Below, piece after piece: positions 9,592 to 18,193 of a stretch of DNA of 24,000 nt (within the stretch, counting starts at the first letter, position 1; every line of letters starts with the position of its first letter). The stretch is from Marinisporobacter sp. Its GTDB lineage: Bacteria; Bacillota; Clostridia; Peptostreptococcales; Thermotaleaceae. A model generated the notes under the pieces. That model was not told the DNA's origin. It saw only the letters and a list, made by a program, of their open reading frames with translations, and ran no database searches. The stretch lies in contig JAOARP010000047.1 of the NCBI GenBank assembly GCA_025210525.1, positions 693,465 through 717,464 on the forward strand, written 5' to 3'. The translations under genes were made by a program, and so were the position numbers.

Positions 9592-11169
9592 CTAGGATTC
9601 TTTAGTTTTATAGGACTTTAACCAGTCATAAATCTTAATCAATCTTCTAAAGTTAGTTTTATCTGTACCTTTTCCATCTGTAAAAATATTGCTATTATTT
9701 TTATAAAAATCTCTCAGAAAATCCTCAAGTTCTTCCACATCTATATTATCTTTTTGTAAAAGAGGTATTAATTCTAAACTCTTATATACTGTATGATTTC
9801 TTACAATATCATCTACCCTCTTATTTTCATAATCTTTTCTTTTCTTATGATTTCGTATAGTTCTACTTAACAACTCGTCATAATTAGATTTGATTGAATC
9901 TTCTATATATCTTGGTAAATCAACTGTTGCCTTTGCTATATATTTGTATATAGGAACACTCCCCGTATTATGCTTTAGTAATATAGGCAAACTTTGAGTA
10001 ACTACCAAATTCGAATCAAAATTTTTATTATCAAACAGGACATCTTCAAATATCTCCTCAACTTTCAATCCAGAATATCCTTTTTTTCCAAACTCTGATA
10101 ATACTCCTACACCAACTACAAATTCAACATTATCAAGATTCACATCATCTTCTATTCCAACAACTTGCATTTTGGTGGTAGGCTCATTATTAACTACCAA
10201 TTCATAGATTTCTTCTTTAAGTCTTCTTAATACAGTAGTATTATATTTAAATTTATTTTTTAATAATTCGTCATACAATATTGAATAATCTTTGATATAT
10301 ACTCTTGTCATTTCTAAGGTTTTATCATCTTCAAAAGATATGCTATGGGTTGATATTTCATCCTCTTTATCTGAATCATTCCATTCTACAAATATGAGTC
10401 TCTTTTTTAAACTTGCTAGCTTTTCTTTGGAGAGGCATTTCACAATTGATTTTAAAATCCCCTTAATATTTTTATCTCCAATAGAATAACCAAGAAATAT
10501 AATCGGATGTTCTAAAAATATAGTCAATATTTTAGCTGCTAAATACGCATTTTTTTCTTCAAATTCTAAATAATCTTTTTCATTAATCACTATAGAATCT
10601 GGCTCAGTACAACATCCATGAATTTTATATATTTCCCCTACCCCTTGTATATTTGAAAATATTAATTCTTCCTGTCCTACATATCTTGTATAATTCATCA
10701 AACTTTCTTCTATAAAAGTATCATAATTGGTTGTAATCACTGATGCTATACTTTTTTTACCGAGCTTTTTGAATAATTCTATTTCTTTGTCATATTCTAC
10801 TTTTACGTCCTGTGAATGATCTTTAATATATTTAGCAATTTCTATTTTAAGTGGTGATACCCCTTCAATCGCAAGTTTCTTATATATTTCTCTACTATCT
10901 TTGAATTTAAGATGTTCAAACCACAAATCAGAAATATCATGCTCTATTAATTCAGCAATTTTTTGATATTCGCCTACTTTAAACCCTTCATTTTTCGCTT
11001 TCCTACTATAAATTTCAAAAGCCAATTCATTGTCCTTAGCGAGCTTTGCCATTTCACGTAATAAAGCTTCCCAATTTCCTAAACCTAAATATCTCCTTGA
11101 TAAACCAGCACCAATAAATAGAACTGGTGCTGTATCAAAATTTTCAAATAAGGTCTTTAGCTTTTGCAT
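9592..11169 (-). CDS. SIR2-like (SIR2_2/ThsA-type) domain protein with an uncharacterised C-terminal domain
   Basis: N-terminal blocks are VLFIGAGLS, VITTNYD (N148), IYKIHGC (H184) and IIFLGYSIGD, in the order and spacing typical of defence-type SIR2 domains. An AGGAGA SD lies 5 nt before the ATG. The gene starts 30 nt after the hsdS stop. Confidence 0.8.
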   Translation of the reverse strand: MQKLKTLFENFDTAPVLFIGAGLSRRYLGLGNWEALLREMAKLAKDNELAFEIYSRKAKNEGFKVGEYQKIAELIEHDISDLWFEHLKFKDSREIYKKLAIEGVSPLKIEIAKYIKDHSQDVKVEYDKEIELFKKLGKKSIASVITTNYDTFIEESLMNYTRYVGQEELIFSNIQGVGEIYKIHGCCTEPDSIVINEKDYLEFEEKNAYLAAKILTIFLEHPIIFLGYSIGDKNIKGILKSIVKCLSKEKLASLKKRLIFVEWNDSDKEDEISTHSISFEDDKTLEMTRVYIKDYSILYDELLKNKFKYNTTVLRRLKEEIYELVVNNEPTTKMQVVGIEDDVNLDNVEFVVGVGVLSEFGKKGYSGLKVEEIFEDVLFDNKNFDSNLVVTQSLPILLKHNTGSVPIYKYIAKATVDLPRYIEDSIKSNYDELLSRTIRNHKKRKDYENKRVDDIVRNHTVYKSLELIPLLQKDNIDVEELEDFLRDFYKNNSNIFTDGKGTDKTNFRRLIKIYDWLKSYKTKES

Positions 11170-11199
11170 GCTTATCTCCTTTCTATTAAAATTTAAATT

Positions 11200-12459
11200 T
11201 TATGATACTTCATCCTTTGAATCAAATGGTACTCGGATTTCTCCTGACATTAGTTTTGGAAGAAGAGTGTCTCTAATACTTTTTAAATTTCTTGACTCTT
11301 TATCTAGCACTAAATATTGTTTGTCCAAGCATGATATAGTATCATCAAATTTTCTTATCATCTCAGCTGTGGGCTTTATAATTTTTATTCCTTTTAGATC
11401 TTTTTGGTTTATAGACCCAAATACAGTTCCTTCTCCATTAAATACATTAAATTTCTCTTTTAATTCTAACATTGTATATAACAAATACGAGTTCTTGTTA
11501 TATTTTGAACTTAATGAACATAACCCTCTACCAATACAACATTCTTCATTCGCTATGTTAATATCACCAACAGGTGCTCTAACACTCATTAAAATATCAC
11601 CTGCATTAGCCATTCGCTTAGGTTCAGTTGTATATAATCTTCTATTTGGAAATCTATTCGAAAAATCTGTTCTTCCTTGATAAAAAACAACTCCTTCACC
11701 TATTTCATTATAAGTAGACCCTTTTGGCGATTGTCCCATTGTGATATTTGCAATTTCGTCTAATCTAGCTATTTCCCATCCCTTAGGAATCATCCCAAGT
11801 TCACTTTCAACCATTTCTCCTCCACTAGACTTGTACGGTTCTCCCTTTTCATTTGGAAATTCAAATTTTACAAACCATTGTTTGAATATTGCTTGTGCCA
11901 TTTCTTCAAGATTTTTATTAATTTGGTTGTTGACTTCGATTTTTTCGTCTAGTGTTGAAAGGATGTCAGCAATGACCTTTTGCTCTTCAAGTGGTGGCAA
12001 ATTGATCTTAAAATATAATAAATCATTCATTTTCATATTAGGCTGAGTTGATGTTCCACCACAAATAGCTTGAATATGTCCTTTATAACGCTTACTTTGC
12101 ATATTATAGTAAAGATAATTATAATCTATGATATCTTGATTTACCTTTATTCTAATCAATCCATTATTATATACTGACTTCAAATCTTTTTGGATAAGCT
12201 TATTAACTCCAATAGTTGCTCCTGTCCTAGCTACAATAATATCTCCTTTTTTCAACTGAAACTTTGAATAATTTCTATCTTCGACAGAACAAAATCCCCA
12301 CTCTTTAAATTCCTTTTGTTGTGAAATGTCCTGTATCCTTAAACACTTAATACCACTATCATACTCCACAATTGGTGCTCTTTTTATTGCATCTAATCCT
12401 GTATTTGAAGATAAAATTGTTTCAGATATGTTAACTTTTTTCCAATCACTAAAACTCAT
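11200..12459 (-). CDS. hsdS: Type I R-M specificity subunit
   Basis: Two target-recognition halves are separated by the central conserved helix [40 protein letters not shown] matching C-terminal helix is [17 protein letters not shown]. The ATG at 12459 (GGGGGG SD 7 nt upstream) is preferred over the TTG at 12465. It overlaps the hsdM stop. Confidence 0.9.
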   Translation of the reverse strand: MSFSDWKKVNISETILSSNTGLDAIKRAPIVEYDSGIKCLRIQDISQQKEFKEWGFCSVEDRNYSKFQLKKGDIIVARTGATIGVNKLIQKDLKSVYNNGLIRIKVNQDIIDYNYLYYNMQSKRYKGHIQAICGGTSTQPNMKMNDLLYFKINLPPLEEQKVIADILSTLDEKIEVNNQINKNLEEMAQAIFKQWFVKFEFPNEKGEPYKSSGGEMVESELGMIPKGWEIARLDEIANITMGQSPKGSTYNEIGEGVVFYQGRTDFSNRFPNRRLYTTEPKRMANAGDILMSVRAPVGDINIANEECCIGRGLCSLSSKYNKNSYLLYTMLELKEKFNVFNGEGTVFGSINQKDLKGIKIIKPTAEMIRKFDDTISCLDKQYLVLDKESRNLKSIRDTLLPKLMSGEIRVPFDSKDEVS

Positions 12460-13966
12460 ATCCAATCCCCCCTAGATTTTTTCTAATCTCATCTTCTAGG
12501 CGTTTAGATTTAACAAACAACTCACTTAATTCACTTGTTAATTTCTCCATCTTTTCCTCAAATGGTATCCCATCATCTTCTACCTCTTCAATTCCAACAT
12601 ATCTTCCAGGTGTTAATACATATTCATGTTCTCTTACATTTTCTAATTTTGCTGATTTACAAAAACCTTTTACATCTTCATACTTTCCATCTATATTTCT
12701 CCAATTATGATAAGTCTTTGCAATCTTTTTAATATCATCATCCTTCAATTCCCTATGACGTCTATCAATCATTTCCCCTAAGTTTCTTCCATCTATAAAT
12801 AAAATTTCATTTTCTCTACTTCTAAACTTAGGATTGTTCTTTTTATTTCTATTTAAAATCCAAAGAGATACTGGTATTCCTGTAGAATAAAATAATTTAT
12901 CAGGCAATGCTACAATAGCATCTACTAGATCAGCTTCCAATAAATTTTTTCTGATTTCACCTTCATTAGAAGTATTTGAACTAAGGGAACCATTAGCAAG
13001 AACAATTCCTGCACAGCCATTTTGTCCTAGATGATAGATCATATGTTGAAGCCATGCATAATTTGCATTTCCCGCTGGTGGAGTACCATATTTCCATCTC
13101 ACATCATCTGTTAACTCTCCTCCACCCCAATCACTAATATTAAATGGTGGATTGGCTAATATATAATCAGCTTTTAGTGTTTTATGTAGATCATTATGGA
13201 AAGTATCATCATGATGACCTCCTACATTGGCATCTAATCCTCTAATGGCAAGGTTCATTTTACATAATTTCCAAGTAGTAGAATTAAGCTCTTGCCCATA
13301 TATGGATAAATTTTCAATTTTCCCTTGATGCTCTTCTACGAATTTCTCACTTTGAACGAACATCCCACCCGAACCACAACAAGGGTCATAAATTCTTCCT
13401 TGGTATGGTTCAATCATTTCTACTAAGGTTTTAACAACGCTAGTTGGTGTATAGAATTCGCCTCCACCTTTACCCTCTACACTGGCAAATTGACCTAAAA
13501 AATATTCATAAACTCTTCCAAGTAAATCCTTTTCTCCGTTTTCATGAAGCTTGATGGTTGAAATTAAGTCAATCAGCTCTCCAAGCCTTCTTTTATCTAG
13601 CTCTGGTCTTGCATAACGTTTATCTAGTACCCCTTTAAGGGTTGGGTTTTCTTTTTCTATTGCAATCATAGCATCATCTATATATTGTCCTATTTTAGAG
13701 TCCTTTGCATTGTCTTTGATATGACCCCATCTAGCTTCTTTTGGAACCCAGAATATGTTTTCATAGGTATATTCATCTCTGTCTTCCTCAAAACCATCAC
13801 CTTCTTCTAAAAGCTCTTCATATTTAGTTTCAAACTTATCAGAAATATATTTTAAGAATATAAGTCCCAATACTACATGCTTGTATTCACTTGCATCCAT
13901 ACTTCCTCTTAATTTATCTGCTGCTTTCCATAGTGTTTCTTCAAACCCAATATTTCCTGTTGTCAT
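12449..13966 (-). CDS. hsdM: Type I R-M N6-adenine DNA methyltransferase subunit
   Basis: HsdM N-terminal domain ([32 protein letters not shown]), SAM motif [12 protein letters not shown] and catalytic motif ILANPPF. A GAGGAGG SD precedes the start. Confidence 0.95.
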   Translation of the reverse strand: MTTGNIGFEETLWKAADKLRGSMDASEYKHVVLGLIFLKYISDKFETKYEELLEEGDGFEEDRDEYTYENIFWVPKEARWGHIKDNAKDSKIGQYIDDAMIAIEKENPTLKGVLDKRYARPELDKRRLGELIDLISTIKLHENGEKDLLGRVYEYFLGQFASVEGKGGGEFYTPTSVVKTLVEMIEPYQGRIYDPCCGSGGMFVQSEKFVEEHQGKIENLSIYGQELNSTTWKLCKMNLAIRGLDANVGGHHDDTFHNDLHKTLKADYILANPPFNISDWGGGELTDDVRWKYGTPPAGNANYAWLQHMIYHLGQNGCAGIVLANGSLSSNTSNEGEIRKNLLEADLVDAIVALPDKLFYSTGIPVSLWILNRNKKNNPKFRSRENEILFIDGRNLGEMIDRRHRELKDDDIKKIAKTYHNWRNIDGKYEDVKGFCKSAKLENVREHEYVLTPGRYVGIEEVEDDGIPFEEKMEKLTSELSELFVKSKRLEDEIRKNLGGIGYEF

Positions 13967-13987
13967 TTTTATTGCCTCCTCTTTTTC

Positions 13988-14434
13988 TTACTCAGCTATA
14001 CCAAATATTTCATAGAAATAATCTTTATCATTTTCTAATTCTTCTTGTAGCTCATTATCATCAATAAAAGTCTCTTTATCATACACACAATATACATGCT
14101 TTATAGTAAATTTATCTTTATGGTCTAATTTATAGGCTGTTACAACCTCTTTAACATGTTTTTTGTTTTTAGATTTTTGGATTACTACCCTATAAGTCTC
14201 TGAACCAAAGTCCTTTTCATAATAATGATTCCAACTGTTCCTTGAAGATTTATATACATAGTCTGGTTGCTCTAAAATATTTTTTATCTTTTCTATTGTT
14301 ATTTCAGGATGCCTAGTTTTTATATGATTTCTAAAATTTCGATAATACAAAATAATTTTTTCATGAATTCTTCCTTTAATTCTAAAAATCTTTAATTTAT
14401 TTTCAAAATAGTATTCCACCTTACATCTCCTCAT
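13988..14434 (-). CDS. Small basic protein of unknown function; possible RelE/BECR-fold toxin-like protein
   Basis: The ORF lies 21 nt upstream of hsdM. It has the motif HIKTRHPEITIEKIKNILEQPDYVY, then a beta-rich core (YRVVIQKS...VVTAYK) and an acidic tail. An alternative start is the GTG at 14419 with a perfect AGGAGA SD 6 nt upstream. The fold assignment is only a resemblance. Confidence 0.55.
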   Translation of the reverse strand: MRRCKVEYYFENKLKIFRIKGRIHEKIILYYRNFRNHIKTRHPEITIEKIKNILEQPDYVYKSSRNSWNHYYEKDFGSETYRVVIQKSKNKKHVKEVVTAYKLDHKDKFTIKHVYCVYDKETFIDDNELQEELENDKDYFYEIFGIAE

Positions 14435-14455
14435 TTCAATAAACTTAACTTTCCT

Positions 14456-15049
14456 TTAAAAATTATGATCATCAAACACTTCAAAAATCTCTTCTTCAAA
14501 TTCTTCTTGTTCTGGTTCACTACTTACCCAATCAGGTAAAACTTCATAGTAATGTGCCAATGCTTCTATTGTCTTATGCAACACTACTTCATGCTGCACT
14601 TTTTCAACTAATTCAATAATTAATTTATATGTATCCATATAAGGATTATTATCTACTACATTTAAAGCTTCTTTAAATCTTTCCATAAGCTTCGCCTTTT
14701 CAATATTTCTTTCAATAGTATTCATTTCTTCTTTGTCATAAACAGGCACTTCTACAAGATCATTTACTTCGCCCACCATAAATTGTTTTTCATGCTTTTT
14801 TATAACTGGTTTTAAGTCCCTCTTTAATTTTTCTTTTTGAATCTCTAGTTTTTCTATTTCTGATAAATCTTCACTGAAATATTGTTGATTTAGTCCAAAG
14901 AGTTTTTCAAGTATGGGGAGGTATTTTTTAGGAATTTTTTGTTTCTTTTTTACCCACATGTTTATATTTTGTTTCTTAATTCCAAGCTTTTCTGCAAGTT
15001 CTATATGTTGCATATTATAAAGACTCAGAATATATTCTAATCCTATCAA
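14456..15049 (-). CDS. XRE/Cro-type helix-turn-helix protein with a coiled-coil middle and an acidic C-terminal tail
   Basis: The HTH is MQHIELAEKLGIKKQNINMWVKKKQKIP. TTG start at 15049 with a GGGGGTG SD 5 nt upstream. The C-terminus is SSEPEQEEFEEEIFEVFDD. Confidence 0.75.
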   Translation of the reverse strand: MIGLEYILSLYNMQHIELAEKLGIKKQNINMWVKKKQKIPKKYLPILEKLFGLNQQYFSEDLSEIEKLEIQKEKLKRDLKPVIKKHEKQFMVGEVNDLVEVPVYDKEEMNTIERNIEKAKLMERFKEALNVVDNNPYMDTYKLIIELVEKVQHEVVLHKTIEALAHYYEVLPDWVSSEPEQEEFEEEIFEVFDDHNF

Positions 15050-15070
15050 GTATTCACCCCCAGTTTTCTT

Positions 15071-15126
15071 TATATTGTCTTAGTCAATATAATAATATTG
15101 TACTTTCTTTTATTGTCCTAGTCAAT
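15071..15126. promoter_or_regulatory. Pair of operator-like 16-nt repeats flanking the -10 element
   Basis: tattgtcttagtcaat (15073-15088) and tattgtcctagtcaat (15111-15126) are 15/16 identical. Copy A sits in a 21-nt near-palindrome, tatattgtcttagtcaatata (15071-15091). Copy B overlaps the -35 and copy A covers roughly +2 to +17. Confidence 0.5.
15097..15125 (-). promoter_or_regulatory. Putative sigma-A promoter of the HTH, 148-aa, hsdM, hsdS, SIR2 operon
   Basis: The minus strand reads TTGACT (15125-15120), an exact 17-nt spacer, then TACAAT (15102-15097). Confidence 0.6.
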
Positions 15127-15323
15127 TATATTTATGAAATTTATGGAATTCACTTCACTTTGATATTTAAGCACTAAAAAACACCCATCCTTCGCAGATA
15201 GATGCTCTTTATAGTTTTGTTTATATAGTAAAACTATGTTCTTCACTCACATGCGGATACTCTTGAAGCAATATCACGCTCAAATAACTTCGCAATAATA
15301 TCCTTATTATCCTATAATATGTT

Positions 15324-15350
15324 AAAACCTCCCTATGTTAGGAAGGTTTT
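15324..15350 (-). terminator. Rho-independent terminator of the two-gene cassette
   Basis: A 10-bp stem with one mismatch (aaaacctccc / ggaaggtttt) and a 7-nt loop. It begins 4 nt after the stop of the 60-aa ORF, and the stem runs into TTTT on the minus strand. Confidence 0.5.
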
Positions 15351-15354
15351 AATA

Positions 15355-15537
15355 TTATGCTCTTGCTACTTTTGACATAGCTATTCTTTTAGTTTCCACT
15401 CTTATCATACCTTTTCTATCAGTTGTAGGCATCACCCAACTATTGTTTTTTATTTCTTCAACAGTAGTTAATCGCTTTATCTTTACTCCTGCACTTCTAA
15501 ATCTTTCTTCCACAGTATTAACAGTTTTTGTTTTCAT
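15355..15537 (-). CDS. Small basic protein (60 aa), unknown function, translationally coupled to the upstream gene
   Basis: The ATG at 15537 lies 1 nt after the TAA stop (15541-15539) of the 376-aa ORF. A GAGGGTG SD sits inside the end of that ORF. The sequence is MKTKTVNTVEERFRSAGVKIKRL... and is K/R-rich. Confidence 0.55.
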   Translation of the reverse strand: MKTKTVNTVEERFRSAGVKIKRLTTVEEIKNNSWVMPTTDRKGMIRVETKRIAMSKVARA

Positions 15538-15538
15538 A

Positions 15539-16669
15539 TTAATCACCCTCTATACTACTAGTATACATTATTTCAGTATCTTTTTTCAAACTTTTTTCAA
15601 AATCATTAATTATATTATTAACCAAATCACGCCAGTTTGGAAAATTAGTTATATTAGGTAATAGAGATAACAATATAACATATTCTTTTCCATTTAGTTC
15701 AAAACATCTTGTGACATAAATTCTTCCTTTCTTTTTACTATATCCATTATTCATGAATACATGTGCATTAATTTTTAATATTCCCGCTAAAATGCCAGTT
15801 CTTTTTATACTTCTTAATACATTATTATTGATATCATCATCAAATACATTAACAGAGTATACCACATCATTATCATATTCATTTCTGATTTTAATGTTTA
15901 TCTCAAAGCATAGTTCAATCATTGATAGTAATATTGAATCCACCTCATCTAATTCTTCTAAATTTTTATTTTGGACTGTTGGCAAATACTTTCTGATAAA
16001 CCCATCTATCTTATCTTCTATATCTCCTCTTATTGTCTCTTCCATTTGATAACTCACTTGTAACTCTGATAGATTTTTTTTAGTTTCTATCGCATCAAGT
16101 TTTTTCACTTTTTCTAATATATCATTTATGTCAAAATAAATTGCATTAGGTATTTTATAATAATTTTGTATCATAGCATTTATATCAATATCTTCAAATG
16201 CACAACCATTAATATATTTTACCTTTATGGTTGTCACTTCATTATTGATATTTTTAGAATATGTATATATTTGAGCACAATGTATTATGGAATTTTTGTC
16301 AGTCAATTTTCTAAGATGATTAAATAATAGTTCTTTTTCATAAAAACTAAATAAGTCTTTAAGTTTTGTAACCAATGTACCTGTTTTTAGTTCTAGCAAT
16401 CTATTCTTTTCTTGAATTTCCTTCTTTTTTTCACTGATTTTTTCTTCATATGGTGAAATGATCAAATTGCTTACTTCAGTTAAAATAATAATTGTAATGA
16501 TACTTCCAACAATCGCCCAAACAACTTTAATTGTTAGCTGATTATCTAAAAATTTAATCCAAAAGTCAGTTTTATCTGTGTGATTTGAAATATAATAGTC
16601 TAATAATTTTCCTAATATCCAAAGGATTAATACTGAAACTACTTTTACTAATTTCCCCCATTTTTTCAT
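15539..16669 (-). CDS. Membrane-anchored protein (2 predicted TM helices, coiled coil, ~270-aa cytoplasmic domain), unknown function
   Basis: Hydrophobic stretches at residues 7-23 and 47-71. A charged heptad-like segment follows (EEKISEKKKEIQEKNRLLELK). No P-loop or nuclease motif was seen. A GGGGA SD and a TATAAT -10 (16706-16701) lie upstream. Confidence 0.7.
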   Translation of the reverse strand: MKKWGKLVKVVSVLILWILGKLLDYYISNHTDKTDFWIKFLDNQLTIKVVWAIVGSIITIIILTEVSNLIISPYEEKISEKKKEIQEKNRLLELKTGTLVTKLKDLFSFYEKELLFNHLRKLTDKNSIIHCAQIYTYSKNINNEVTTIKVKYINGCAFEDIDINAMIQNYYKIPNAIYFDINDILEKVKKLDAIETKKNLSELQVSYQMEETIRGDIEDKIDGFIRKYLPTVQNKNLEELDEVDSILLSMIELCFEINIKIRNEYDNDVVYSVNVFDDDINNNVLRSIKRTGILAGILKINAHVFMNNGYSKKKGRIYVTRCFELNGKEYVILLSLLPNITNFPNWRDLVNNIINDFEKSLKKDTEIMYTSSIEGD

Positions 16670-16924
16670 TTGTACATTTCCCCAATCATCTTAAAGCGTA
16701 ATTATACTTATTTTAGCATAATATTCTCATATCTAGTTTACAACTTAAGAGCAAAATATTCAATTCTTAAAATATTTCCAATTGTTAATTTTACATTCGT
16801 ATTTCAAATAAAGTTCTAATCCATCATGGTCAATCCGAATAATTTTCTCTTTCCCCCTCGCATACCCCCGCTAAGCTCTACTCTAATACTTCATCTTATA
16901 CTACTATCAGCTCATGATCTTTGG

Positions 16925-17385
16925 CTTTCATTTTTTCTTGAATATAATTTTGAATATGAATTTTGGTAAACCTAATTCTATTGTTATACGCTTACCATCT
17001 AAAGCTTCAATAGCCATTTTTGTAGTATTTGCAGTTTAAATATAATAATCTTTAAATCTTTTTTTCTTTTCTGTTAATAGCTTATATATTAAATTCCTTA
17101 GTTTTTTTGAAGTAATTCAAGTCTTTTTTTGAAGTTCCTTAAATGCACTAAGCCCTTGTTTACATAATATCAGTGCTTTATTTACTAATGTTTCTTGTTT
17201 TTTTCATACATAAATACTCCAAAGTTCTTTTTCTTTAAAAGGATATACGATTAATGTACCTACCTTTTCAAGCAGCTCAAAAACTTCATCTTTTAAATAA
17301 ATGTTCAGGAATATTAATTGAATATTCTTGGTTAATAAGGGCTACTTTATCATCAATTTGTCTAATGACATCTTTAGAAATATGC
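16925..17385 (-). pseudogene. Degraded ImmA/IrrE-like gene downstream of the XRE repressor (multiple frameshifts and stops)
   Basis: Minus-strand fragments in shifting frames read ISKDVIRQIDDKVALINQEYSINIPEHLFKR / KDEVFELLEKVGTLIVYPFKEKELWSIYV / KKQETLVNKALILCKQGLSAFKELQKK / ..TANTTKMAIEAL. The layout resembles ImmA N-terminus, then HExxH, then E-AN-FA, but the catalytic residues are not intact. No ORF over 60 aa remains. Confidence 0.35.
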
Positions 17386-17733
17386 TTATTTAAACAATCC
17401 ATGAGTAGCTAACTCCTCTTCCATATTAGAAAGATTATTTATTAAAGAAAAAATATAATCAGCTGTATCATGATTCTCAATCGTTCTATATAAATGAACA
17501 ACCTCTAATTCCCTTTCTTCAATTATATTGTTTCCACTAATAAGTTCTTCAACCGATATATCTAAGAAATTTGATACAGCAACCAATTCCTCTGTCTTGA
17601 TAGCTTTCTTTCCCTTAATAATTTTATTAACAACTTGTTTAGAAGTGCCCAATCCATTAGCTAACTCTACTTGGGTTTTATTTTGTTTGTTTAAATAAAA
17701 AAAAATATTAGATCCAATTTGCATGATATCCAT
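17386..17733 (-). CDS. XRE-family HTH transcriptional regulator (prophage repressor-like)
   Basis: The HTH is KTQVELANGLGTSKQVVNKIIKGKKAIKTEELVAVSNFLDISVEELI. It is divergent from the integrase fragment. Confidence 0.85.
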   Translation of the reverse strand: MDIMQIGSNIFFYLNKQNKTQVELANGLGTSKQVVNKIIKGKKAIKTEELVAVSNFLDISVEELISGNNIIEERELEVVHLYRTIENHDTADYIFSLINNLSNMEEELATHGLFK

Positions 17734-17771
17734 ATCAACATCTCCTTCTAACAGAATTTACTATTGGTTTA

Positions 17772-18137
17772 ATGACAAAGAAAATTCTTCTAAAGTATAT
17801 ACAAATATTTAAACCAATGCCAGAATTACCTACTAAAAAAGTATTTCTCAATCAATATAAAAAACCTATTACCCCCAATGCCCTTGAAATGGTTATCACT
17901 AGGTTACGAAAAAAGACAGGCATTACACGCTTACACCCTCACATTCTTAGGCATACATTCGCTACTAAGTATTTAATTGAAGGTGGTGACATATTCTCAC
18001 TACAGCAGATATTGGGTCATACAAGTTTAGAGATGGTTAGAAGATACTCGCATCTAGCATCAAGCTATGTTATAGCGAACCATAAAAAGTTATCACCTTT
18101 GGATAATTTACAAAAAAGAAAGCATAATTTTTCTTAA
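17772..18137 (+). pseudogene. Tyrosine recombinase/integrase, C-terminal fragment only
   Basis: Contains box II and the catalytic tail, HPHILRHTFATKYL...GHTSLEMVRRYSHL (HxxR ... H ... Y). It lacks the N-terminal core-binding domain and the first catalytic Arg block. It is 121 aa, whereas full-length enzymes are roughly three times longer. It lies about 90 nt from a tRNA 3' end. Confidence 0.8.
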
Positions 18138-18193
18138 AATCGTTATGTTTAGACTATAGTGTTATGAGTCAATCAGTGACTTTCAAAAAAAAT

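Noticed and set aside
11030-11680. 216-aa plus-strand ORF spanning the SIR2/hsdS junction
   Set aside because: It lies antisense to two well-supported genes. Its S/F/L/I-rich low-complexity composition is typical of shadow ORFs in AT-rich DNA. There is no SD or promoter, and it crosses an intergenic region of the opposite strand.
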